In this document: positions 50,823-64,000 of the stretch, in pieces
Position numbering within the stretch: position 1 is the first letter of the stretch
Layout of the letters: every line of letters starts with the position of its first letter
DNA from: Escherichia coli
Lineage (GTDB): Bacteria; Pseudomonadota; Gammaproteobacteria; Enterobacterales; Enterobacteriaceae
Assembly (NCBI RefSeq): GCF_022846255.1
Contig: NZ_AP025682.1
Length of the DNA: 64,000 nt
Direction: 5' to 3' (one strand)
Program-made: the position numbers and the translations under genes
The notes under the pieces: generated by a model
What the model saw: only the letters and a program-made list of their open reading frames with translations
The model's database searches: none
Told to the model about the DNA's origin: nothing

Positions 50823-51743
50823 ATGACGAATCTACCCAAGTTCTCCACCGCACTGCTTCATCCGCGTTATTGGTTAACCTGGTTGGGTATTGGCGTACTT
50901 TGGTTGGTCGTGCAATTGCCCTACCCGGTTATCTACCGCCTCGGTTGTGGATTAGGAAAACTGGCGTTACGTTTTATGAAACGACGCGCAAAAATTGTGC
51001 ATCGCAACCTGGAACTGTGCTTCCCGGAAATGAGCGAACAAGAACGCCGTAAAATGGTGGTGAAGAATTTCGAATCCGTTGGCATGGGCCTGATGGAAAC
51101 CGGCATGGCGTGGTTCTGGCCGGACCGCCGAATCGCCCGCTGGACGGAAGTGATCGGCATGGAACACATTCGTGACGTGCAGGCGCAAAAACGCGGCATC
51201 CTGTTAGTTGGCATCCATTTTCTGACACTGGAGCTGGGTGCGCGGCAGTTTGGTATGCAGGAACCGGGGATTGGCGTTTACCGCCCGAACGATAATCCAC
51301 TGATTGACTGGCTACAAACCTGGGGCCGTTTGCGCTCAAATAAATCGATGCTCGACCGCAAAGATTTAAAAGGCATGATTAAAGCCCTGAAAAAAGGCGA
51401 AGTGGTCTGGTACGCACCGGATCATGATTACGGCCCGCGCTCAAGCGTTTTCGTCCCGTTGTTTGCCGTTGAGCAGGCTGCGACCACGACCGGAACCTGG
51501 ATGCTGGCACGGATGTCCGGCGCATGTCTGGTGCCCTTCGTTCCACGCCGTAAGCCAGATGGCAAAGGGTATCAGTTGATTATACTGCCGCCAGAGTGTT
51601 CTCCGCCGCTGGATGATGCCGAAACTACCGCCGCGTGGATGAACAAAGTGGTCGAAAAATGCATCATGATGGCACCAGAGCAGTATATGTGGTTACACCG
51701 TCGCTTTAAAACACGCCCGGAAGGCGTTCCTTCACGCTATTAA
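50823..51743 (+). CDS. lpxL: lipid A lauroyl acyltransferase
   Basis: Start trimmed to [22 protein letters not shown]… (306 aa). Confidence 0.92.
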   Translation: MTNLPKFSTALLHPRYWLTWLGIGVLWLVVQLPYPVIYRLGCGLGKLALRFMKRRAKIVHRNLELCFPEMSEQERRKMVVKNFESVGMGLMETGMAWFWPDRRIARWTEVIGMEHIRDVQAQKRGILLVGIHFLTLELGARQFGMQEPGIGVYRPNDNPLIDWLQTWGRLRSNKSMLDRKDLKGMIKALKKGEVVWYAPDHDYGPRSSVFVPLFAVEQAATTTGTWMLARMSGACLVPFVPRRKPDGKGYQLIILPPECSPPLDDAETTAAWMNKVVEKCIMMAPEQYMWLHRRFKTRPEGVPSRY

Positions 51744-51914
51744 ATCTTCCATGCTGGATGCTTCAGAATGGCATCCGGCATTACCACAGAAAATCCCCCT
51801 GATTTAGCGATAAAAGCTCTCTGGATTGCGCCCCCTGGAAGTCGGGCGCATAATTAGTGTGCTTATCTTTTCTTCTTATGTTCACCGCGCCTGGCGCACC
51901 AACAGCGGATTGCT

Positions 51915-53141
51915 ATGTCACCCTGTGAAAATGACACCCCTATAAACTGGAAACGAAACCTGATCGTCGCCTGGCTAGGCTGTTTTCTTACCGGTGCCGC
52001 CTTCAGCCTGGTAATGCCCTTCTTACCCCTCTACGTTGAGCAGCTTGGCGTTACCGGCCACTCCGCCCTGAATATGTGGTCCGGTATTGTCTTCAGCATT
52101 ACATTTTTATTTTCGGCCATCGCCTCACCGTTTTGGGGTGGACTCGCCGACCGTAAAGGCCGAAAACTCATGCTATTACGCTCTGCTCTCGGCATGGGCA
52201 TCGTGATGGTGTTGATGGGACTGGCACAAAATATCTGGCAGTTTTTGATACTGCGGGCGCTTCTTGGTTTACTTGGCGGATTTGTCCCCAACGCTAATGC
52301 TCTTATCGCCACACAAGTACCGCGTAATAAAAGCGGCTGGGCGCTGGGTACGCTCTCCACAGGCGGCGTTAGCGGCGCGTTGCTCGGCCCAATGGCTGGC
52401 GGTTTGCTCGCCGATAGCTACGGCTTACGTCCGGTATTCTTTATTACCGCCAGTGTGCTCATACTCTGCTTTTTCGTCACCCTGTTTTGCATCAGAGAAA
52501 AATTCCAGCCGGTCAGCAAAAAAGAGATGCTGCATATGCGGGAAGTGGTGACATCACTTAAAAACCCGAAACTGGTACTCAGCCTGTTTGTCACCACGTT
52601 AATCATCCAGGTGGCGACGGGCTCAATTGCCCCCATTCTGACGCTGTATGTCCGCGAACTGGCGGGTAACGTCAGTAACGTCGCCTTTATCAGTGGCATG
52701 ATCGCCTCGGTGCCAGGCGTGGCGGCTCTGCTAAGTGCACCACGACTCGGCAAACTTGGCGATCGAATCGGCCCCGAAAAGATCCTGATTACGGCGCTGA
52801 TCTTTTCTGTACTGCTGTTGATCCCAATGTCTTACGTTCAGACGCCATTACAACTTGGGATTTTACGTTTTTTGCTCGGTGCCGCCGATGGTGCACTACT
52901 CCCCGCCGTACAGACACTGTTGGTTTACAACTCGAGCAACCAGATCGCCGGGCGTATCTTCAGCTATAACCAATCGTTTCGTGATATTGGCAACGTTACC
53001 GGACCATTGATGGGAGCAGCGATTTCAGCGAACTACGGTTTCAGGGCGGTATTTCTCGTCACCGCTGGCGTAGTGTTATTCAACGCAGTCTATTCATGGA
53101 ACAGTCTACGTCGTCGTCGAATCCCCCAGATATCGAACTGA
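51915..53141 (+). CDS. mdtG: MFS multidrug efflux transporter
   Basis: 408-aa polytopic ORF. Confidence 0.9.
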   Translation: MSPCENDTPINWKRNLIVAWLGCFLTGAAFSLVMPFLPLYVEQLGVTGHSALNMWSGIVFSITFLFSAIASPFWGGLADRKGRKLMLLRSALGMGIVMVLMGLAQNIWQFLILRALLGLLGGFVPNANALIATQVPRNKSGWALGTLSTGGVSGALLGPMAGGLLADSYGLRPVFFITASVLILCFFVTLFCIREKFQPVSKKEMLHMREVVTSLKNPKLVLSLFVTTLIIQVATGSIAPILTLYVRELAGNVSNVAFISGMIASVPGVAALLSAPRLGKLGDRIGPEKILITALIFSVLLLIPMSYVQTPLQLGILRFLLGAADGALLPAVQTLLVYNSSNQIAGRIFSYNQSFRDIGNVTGPLMGAAISANYGFRAVFLVTAGVVLFNAVYSWNSLRRRRIPQISN

Positions 53142-53223
53142 TTTTTCGCCTTTCATACTTGCAAAAGCGGAGAATCAGCTATCCTTTTCCCTGAAACCTC
53201 ATCAACTCAAAGGGAGAATCGTG

Positions 53224-53598
53224 ATGACCATGTACGCAACGCTTGAAGAAGCCATTGACGCTGCACGCGAAGAATTTCTTGCAGACAACCCCGGCATCGA
53301 CGCCGAAAACGCGAATGTGCAACAGTTCAATGCCCAAAAATACGTTTTGCAGGACGGCGACATCATGTGGCAAGTTGAGTTTTTTGCCGACGAAGGAGAA
53401 GAAGGTGAATGTTTACCTATGCTTAGCGGTGAAGCCGCGCAAAGTGTCTTTGACGGCGACTATGATGAGATAGAGATCCGCCAGGAGTGGCAAGATGAGA
53501 ATACATTACATGAATGGGACGAGGGGGAATTTCAGCTTGAGCCACCGCTGGATACCGAGGAAGGACGCACTGCAGCTGATGAGTGGGATGAACGTTAA
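53224..53598 (+). CDS. msyB: acidic protein MsyB
   Basis: 124-aa highly acidic ORF MTMYATLEEAIDAAREEFLADNPGID…. Confidence 0.88.
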   Translation: MTMYATLEEAIDAAREEFLADNPGIDAENANVQQFNAQKYVLQDGDIMWQVEFFADEGEEGECLPMLSGEAAQSVFDGDYDEIEIRQEWQDENTLHEWDEGEFQLEPPLDTEEGRTAADEWDER

Positions 53599-53826
53599 TC
53601 ACTCATACGGGCCATGATGTACGTCGATCGGCAGCAGTAAAGTATCGAAAACCAGGGAGAATGGCAGATCAAGGATCGTGACGTAACGCCAGGCGGAGTC
53701 ACGCACGTCCCATTGCACACCGGGATAATATTGGTTGCCATGCCCCTGCCCCGGTATAGTGCGACTAATGATGCTGCCACAGCCACTCAGCAAGGTCACC
53801 ATTATGCTCACCACAATTAAACGCAT
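53599..53826 (-). CDS. yceK: small lipoprotein YceK
   Basis: 75-aa ORF MRLIVVSIMVTLLSGC… (lipobox). Confidence 0.8.
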   Translation of the reverse strand: MRLIVVSIMVTLLSGCGSIISRTIPGQGHGNQYYPGVQWDVRDSAWRYVTILDLPFSLVFDTLLLPIDVHHGPYE

Positions 53827-53842
53827 TTGATACCTCTTCCGT

Positions 53843-53872
53843 AAAAAATACCGGCATAACGCCGGTATTTTT
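53843..53872. terminator. hairpin ATACCGGC-ataac-GCCGGTAT flanked by A and T runs (bidirectional terminator-like)
   Basis: Palindrome read from sequence between the BIME cluster and yceK. Confidence 0.55.
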
Positions 53873-53888
53873 ATTGGCTCGTTGTTTT

Positions 53889-53990
53889 TGCCGGATGCGG
53901 CGTGAACGCTTTACCCGACCTACAAAATCTTGCAAAATCAATAAATTGCAGGAACGATGTAGGCCTGATAAGCGTAGCGCATCAGGCAAC
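53889..53990. repeat. BIME: two REP units in opposite orientation downstream of opgH
   Basis: GCCGGATGCGGCGTGAACGC…CCTACA and TGTAGGCCTGATAAGCGTAGCGCATCAGGC read from sequence. Confidence 0.7.
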
Positions 53991-53997
53991 TACGTTT

Positions 53998-58180
<4,183 letters not shown>

Positions 58181-58462
58181 TCAGCACACTGGCTCATGGA
58201 TTAAGCACCTGATTGCAACCGTTTTCACTTTCCGTGCTTCTCCTAAAGACAGAAGCATCGACTTCGTGTAGGGTTTGCCAGCAAATTTATTTATCAACCG
58301 TCTTACAGACGCTTCCATTCTGGTTAGTGGTAGCGATGATGCTATGCATAAAAACCTTGAAGCCTGCGCCTGGCGCGGTCAGGTCGGTGTCGCTATGGCA
58401 ACAAGCCTAAAGGCATAACCCGACAGGGATAAGACGAAAAATCCGAGATTAGTTAACCATAT

Positions 58463-59620
58463 ATGAATCCAGTACCCGCGCAACGTGAATATTTCCTCGA
58501 CTCCATCCGCGCCTGGCTGATGTTGTTAGGGATCCCTTTTCATATTTCTTTAATCTATTCGAGCCATACATGGCATGTGAATAGCGCCGAACCGTCATTG
58601 TGGCTGACCCTTTTTAATGACTTCATCCACTCGTTCCGCATGCAGGTATTTTTCGTTATATCCGGGTACTTTTCCTACATGCTTTTTTTACGCTATCCCT
58701 TGAAAAAATGGTGGAAAGTACGTGTCGAACGTGTAGGTATCCCGATGTTAACAGCCATCCCCCTACTGACATTACCGCAATTTATTATGCTGCAATACGT
58801 CAAAGGGAAAGCGGAAAGTTGGCCTGGGCTATCATTGTATGACAAATATAATACGTTGGCCTGGGAATTAATATCACACCTGTGGTTTTTACTGGTGTTA
58901 GTAGTCATGACGACGCTGTGCGTATGGATATTTAAACGCATCAGAAATAATTTAGAAAATTCTGATAAAACGAATAAAAAATTCTCGATGGTAAAACTAT
59001 CGGTGATTTTTTTGTGCCTCGGCATCGGTTATGCGGTAATAAGAAGAACGATTTTTATTGTGTATCCGCCCATTCTGAGTAATGGCATGTTCAATTTTAT
59101 TGTCATGCAAACGCTATTTTATTTGCCGTTCTTTATCCTAGGCGCACTGGCTTTCATTTTCCCTCATCTTAAAGCCTTGTTTACCACGCCGTCTCGTGGC
59201 TGTACCCTTGCAGCAGCATTGGCGTTTGTCGCTTATTTACTCAACCAGCGCTATGGCAGTGGCGATGCCTGGATGTACGAAACCGAGTCGGTGATCACCA
59301 TGGTCCTCGGTCTGTGGATGGTGAATGTGGTCTTCTCCTTTGGCCACCGTTTGCTTAACTTCCAGTCAGCGCGGGTGACTTATTTTGTTAACGCATCGCT
59401 GTTTATCTATCTGGTTCACCACCCGTTAACGCTGTTTTTCGGCGCATACATTACACCGCACATCACCTCCAACTGGCTTGGTTTTCTCTGTGGCCTGATA
59501 TTCGTTGTAGGGATCGCGATAATTCTGTATGAAATTCATTTACGCATCCCGTTACTGAAGTTTTTGTTCTCTGGTAAACCGGTTGTTAAGCGTGAGAACG
59601 ATAAAGCACCAGCCCGTTAA
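58463..59620 (+). CDS. opgC: periplasmic glucan succinyltransferase (membrane acyltransferase-3 family)
   Basis: 385-aa polytopic ORF divergent from opgGH. Confidence 0.88.
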   Translation: MNPVPAQREYFLDSIRAWLMLLGIPFHISLIYSSHTWHVNSAEPSLWLTLFNDFIHSFRMQVFFVISGYFSYMLFLRYPLKKWWKVRVERVGIPMLTAIPLLTLPQFIMLQYVKGKAESWPGLSLYDKYNTLAWELISHLWFLLVLVVMTTLCVWIFKRIRNNLENSDKTNKKFSMVKLSVIFLCLGIGYAVIRRTIFIVYPPILSNGMFNFIVMQTLFYLPFFILGALAFIFPHLKALFTTPSRGCTLAAALAFVAYLLNQRYGSGDAWMYETESVITMVLGLWMVNVVFSFGHRLLNFQSARVTYFVNASLFIYLVHHPLTLFFGAYITPHITSNWLGFLCGLIFVVGIAIILYEIHLRIPLLKFLFSGKPVVKRENDKAPAR

Positions 59621-59627
59621 GCCACGC

Positions 59628-61058
59628 TTATAATAACCATTCCACGGGCAATATCGACGCCAGTCTGACCATAACCCGCTTCCAGAAACTGGTGGCGGGT
59701 TCTTTTTTGAGAATAATCTCTTTCTTTGCATGACGATCAACCCAGTTGATCCGTCCCCACCTGTCCAGACGGAGCTGCCAGGCCGCATCATACTGGCTCT
59801 GAATAAAGCGTTTATCAATTAACTGTGCCAACGTTTCGCTCTCTATCACGAAGCCCATTTCAGTATTGAGCAATGTCGAACGTGGATCGAAATTGAAAGA
59901 GCCGATAAACACCGTTTTACCATCGATGCTAAAGGTTTTAGCATGCAAGCTGGCACCGGAATTACCGGTTATGCCGCGATCGTGTAACGTACTACTTTGT
60001 TCACGCGTCGGCTTGAGTTCATATAATTCCACGCCATAGCGGAGCAATTTTTTGCGCCAGCGCGCGTATCCGGCATGGACGACAGCAACATCGTTAGCGG
60101 CAAGAGAATTGGTTAGGATCGCAATCTTTACCCCTTTTCTCACCATCCGTAAGAGTTGCGCCACACCTGCACGTGTCGGTACAAAATAGGAAGAGATAAT
60201 ATCGATGCGTTCACTGGGTGAGCCCATGATATCGAACAGGCGCTGCGGTAACAGTGAATGCCGTTTTGCCTTGCCCTCCCCTTTCGCCGGATCATCACTT
60301 AATAAACGTGTTTTCGCCCAGATAAGCGACAACGTTCCATCAACCAGATGATTTATAAACGGACTGGATTCCATTTTGCGTAAATAACGATGCGTCATGG
60401 CATCGTCATGCCAGGATGCAGGTAACTCGATGCGATCCGCCATTTCACCTTCCGGGACATCCAGCACCTGCTGTAAGGGTGAAACCGATTTGCAATACCA
60501 ATAGCGGGCGAAATCATCGGCAACGTCCTCTACCACGGGTCCTATTGCCATGACATCTAAATCCGAAAAAAGTGGCTCTTCCCCTGCACCAAAATAGGCA
60601 TCACCAATATTTCGTCCCCCTACCAGGGTAACCACGCCATCGACAGTGAAACTTTTATTGTGCATACGGCGATTGAGACGGGAAAAGTCGGTGATATAAC
60701 CAAGCGGACGCAGCAAGCGAAACGAGAAAGGATTAAAAAGCCGGACTTCAATGCGGGGATGACTGTCAAGCAAGCGTAAAATGTCGTCAAGTCCGGGCGT
60801 ATTGTTGTCATCCAGCAACAAACGGACGCGAACGCCACGCTTTGCTGCGGCTAACAGGGCGGAAAAGAGTAACCGACCCGACATATCGTCCTGCCAGATG
60901 TAATACTGAACATCCAGCGTATGCTCTGCCATTTCGGCCAGACGATACCGGGCGGCAAACGCATCCAGACTTTTCTCCAGAGGGAAAAGACCACACTGAC
61001 CGGGATGTTGCGAACACAGTGGCAGCACCGCGCTCGCCAGCCGGGGCAAATCATTCAT
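59628..61058 (-). CDS. clsC: cardiolipin synthase C (phospholipase D family)
   Basis: Two HxK(x)4D motifs (…HNKSFTVDG… and …HAKTFSIDG…); start codon uncertain, ATG at 61058 chosen, alternatives at 61106/61109. Confidence 0.85.
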   Translation of the reverse strand: MNDLPRLASAVLPLCSQHPGQCGLFPLEKSLDAFAARYRLAEMAEHTLDVQYYIWQDDMSGRLLFSALLAAAKRGVRVRLLLDDNNTPGLDDILRLLDSHPRIEVRLFNPFSFRLLRPLGYITDFSRLNRRMHNKSFTVDGVVTLVGGRNIGDAYFGAGEEPLFSDLDVMAIGPVVEDVADDFARYWYCKSVSPLQQVLDVPEGEMADRIELPASWHDDAMTHRYLRKMESSPFINHLVDGTLSLIWAKTRLLSDDPAKGEGKAKRHSLLPQRLFDIMGSPSERIDIISSYFVPTRAGVAQLLRMVRKGVKIAILTNSLAANDVAVVHAGYARWRKKLLRYGVELYELKPTREQSSTLHDRGITGNSGASLHAKTFSIDGKTVFIGSFNFDPRSTLLNTEMGFVIESETLAQLIDKRFIQSQYDAAWQLRLDRWGRINWVDRHAKKEIILKKEPATSFWKRVMVRLASILPVEWLL

Positions 61059-61584
61059 CTCCTTGTTGGGTAAGGAGTCTTTCGTAGAGGTGGGCGTTTT
61101 CTTCATCATAACAGACAAAGTATACCTGTTCGGGTAAAGCGTGACGGGTAATAAATTCTGAAACGGTTTTTACTGCGATTTCAGCCGCTGCCGCACGAGG
61201 GTAACCATAAACCCCAGTACTGATTGCAGGAAAAGCCACTGACGTATAGCTGTTTGCCGCCACCAGTCGTAGGCTATTGAGATAGGCATCCTGCAAAAGC
61301 TGGTCTTCGTTTTGTTCACCACCACGCCAGACTGGCCCGACGGTGTGCACTACGGCTTTAGCGGGAAGATCGCCTGCAAGCGTAATAACGGCATGCCCCG
61401 TAGGGCAATCGCCCTGCTGTTGCCTGACTTTTAAACAGGCATCCAGCAGCGCCGGACCCGCTGCGCGATGAATGGCCCCATCGACGCCGCCGCCTCCCAT
61501 TAATGACGGATTAGCCGCATTCACAATCACATCAACGGCCAGTTTGGTAATATCACCCTGCACAACATGAATACGCGTTTTCAT
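61051..61584 (-). CDS. ymdB: macrodomain O-acetyl-ADP-ribose deacetylase YmdB
   Basis: 177-aa [42 protein letters not shown]… (macro domain). Confidence 0.9.
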
Positions 61585-61678
61585 AACGCCTCCTTACACC
61601 TTCTTGTTTCTTAAGTGTACAGCAGGCTTTTTGGTTAAATCGCATTTTTCTGCTCAGCAAGGTGAGTTGTTCAGAAAC

Positions 61679-62058
<380 letters not shown>

Positions 62059-62059
62059 C

Positions 62060-62443
<384 letters not shown>

Positions 62444-62501
62444 ATTCTTCTCCCGAAAAAAAACAGGGCTTGCGCCCTGTTTCTTTAATATAGAGGATGT
62501 A

Positions 62502-62960
62502 TTAGTACTGATGAGCGGTCGCGTTGTTACCAAAGCCAACCTGAGTGACGTTAACGCTGGAGTTAGATGCAGTCTGGTCAACAGCAGCACCGTTACCGCC
62601 ACCGAACTGTTTAACTGTCATATGAGAGTCTTTACCGTTCCACTGATCAAGAGTGGCGCTGTTACCAAAGCCACGCTGAGTCAGATCGATTGAGCTGTCA
62701 TCTGAGCCCTGACCAACATCTGCACCGTTACCACCACCATGCTGGGTAATAGTAAGATCAGAGTTACGAGCATCAGCTTGCAGAGCAAGTGCAGAGTTAC
62801 CACCACCGTACTGATAAATATTCAGCTCTGAATTCGGGCCGCTGTTATTACCGCCACCACCGTGGTTACCGCCACCGCCGCCGTACTGAGGAACAACACC
62901 TGCCAGAGCGCTACCGGAGAATACGATTGCTGCAATTGCTGCTACTTTTAAAAGTTTCAT
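62502..62960 (-). CDS. csgA: major curlin subunit CsgA
   Basis: ORF MKLLKVAAIAAIVFSGSALA… followed by five imperfect Ser-x5-Gln-x-Gly-x-Gly-Asn-x-Ala amyloid repeats. Confidence 0.95.
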   Translation of the reverse strand: MKLLKVAAIAAIVFSGSALAGVVPQYGGGGGNHGGGGNNSGPNSELNIYQYGGGNSALALQADARNSDLTITQHGGGNGADVGQGSDDSSIDLTQRGFGNSATLDQWNGKDSHMTVKQFGGGNGAAVDQTASNSSVNVTQVGFGNNATAHQY

Positions 62961-63000
62961 GTAAAACCCCCATCGGATTGATTTAAAAGTCGAATGGAAA

Positions 63001-63456
63001 TTAACGTTGTGTCACGCGAATAGCCATTTGCGACTGTCTCTGCACTACAATTGCCGTTTTTTGAGTACCATACTGTGTAATATTTGCTTTATTACCAGAA
63101 CCTTTCTGGATAATCATCGCAGTATTACCATAAGCACCTTGCGAAATACTGGCATCGTTGGCATTGCCCGCCTGATCAATATATGCAAGGTTATAATCTC
63201 CTGTCTGGTCAATCTTTGCCCGGTTGCTACTACCTTCTTGCGCAACAACCGCCAAAAGTTTTGAGCCTCCCTGCCGTAACTGAGCACTATTATTAGTCCC
63301 AGCTTGACCAATTATGGCTGCCTGATTAAATGAAGACTTACTCAATTCATTTACCGCGAAGTTATATTCTGAATTAGCTAAATCATAACCTGCTGCGGCT
63401 GCAATCCCAGGCGCACCCAGTATTGTTAACATCATAAATAACAATTTGTTTTTCAT
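63001..63456 (-). CDS. csgB: minor curlin subunit / nucleator CsgB
   Basis: Start trimmed to MKNKLLFMMLTILGAPGIAAA… (151 aa); curlin repeats. Confidence 0.93.
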   Translation of the reverse strand: MKNKLLFMMLTILGAPGIAAAAGYDLANSEYNFAVNELSKSSFNQAAIIGQAGTNNSAQLRQGGSKLLAVVAQEGSSNRAKIDQTGDYNLAYIDQAGNANDASISQGAYGNTAMIIQKGSGNKANITQYGTQKTAIVVQRQSQMAIRVTQR

Positions 63457-64000
63457 GTTGTCACCCTGGACCTGGTCGTACATTTAAGAAATTAAATCAT
63501 TTCAACTTGGTTGTTAACGCAACCTGTATTTTGTTAACGCTGCGTTACGATGGAAAGTATGTCTGCGGAAATATTTTTAATAACTCACCCGCGCGTTGTA
63601 TTTTTCTTTTTTTGTTCATACCAAAGTATTAAAACCCACGTAAATACGCTGTTATCTACGCAAAAAAATATTTTGTTTTCTTTTAAATCTCCGTTTTCCG
63701 CAATCAAAAATCACCAGACAGCCATTCTTCTTGCCCGTCGCTGATTGCTGCGATATGTCTTGCGCACAAGCCGTGACAAACCTCGTCTTTTTGCAGTAAA
63801 AAATTGTCCACGGAGGTGTGGAGAAAAAACAACAACGTTTTACATGACGAAAGGACTACACCGAAATATTTTTTATATGCATTATTAGCAAGTTAGCACC
63901 ATTTGTATGATTTTTTAAAATTGTGCAATAAAAACCAAATGTACAACTTTTCTATCATTTCTAAACTTAATAAAACCTTAAGATTAACATTTCAATATAA
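63457..64000. promoter_or_regulatory. AT-rich csgBAC promoter and csgB-csgD intergenic control region (csgD lies beyond the window end)
   Basis: Location upstream of csgB seen in sequence; dense regulation of this intergenic region is established knowledge, individual sites not mapped. Confidence 0.6.

Overview
This window reads as the reverse complement of a well-conserved Escherichia coli (K-12-like) chromosomal segment. Gene order is nagZ(partial)-thiK-lpoB-ycfL-hinT / fhuE / ptsG-ycfH-holB-tmk-mltG-pabC-fabF-acpP-fabG-fabD-fabH-plsX-rpmF-yceD / yceF / rluC / rne, then the flagellar flgLKJIHGFEDCB / flgAMN region, then murJ-yceM-yceH-rimJ / mdtH-grxB-yceB-pyrC-dinI-bssS-solA-yceO-yceJ-yceI / yceA / lpxL-mdtG-msyB / yceK-opgH-opgG / opgC / clsC-ymdB-ymdA-csgC-csgA-csgB, ending in the csgB-csgD intergenic region. 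Gene identities come from my reading of the translated ORFs plus synteny, not from any database search. Almost everything is core genome. The one clearly accessory stretch is about 3 kb between the convergent 3' ends of rne and flgL (about 23.3-26.35 kb). It holds a two-gene module (DUF1778/RHH-type antitoxin plus GNAT acetyltransferase toxin, TacA/TacT-like) with its own promoter, followed by an IS200-family element whose left-end hairpin is split by an intact IS4 (1426 bp, 18-bp terminal inverted repeats, 11-bp target duplication). I found no CRISPR array, tRNA or rRNA gene, and no prophage-like block. I did not find a convincingly novel system: the toxin-antitoxin module is the best candidate, but its family is already known, so any novelty lies in this particular ortholog and its insertion site.
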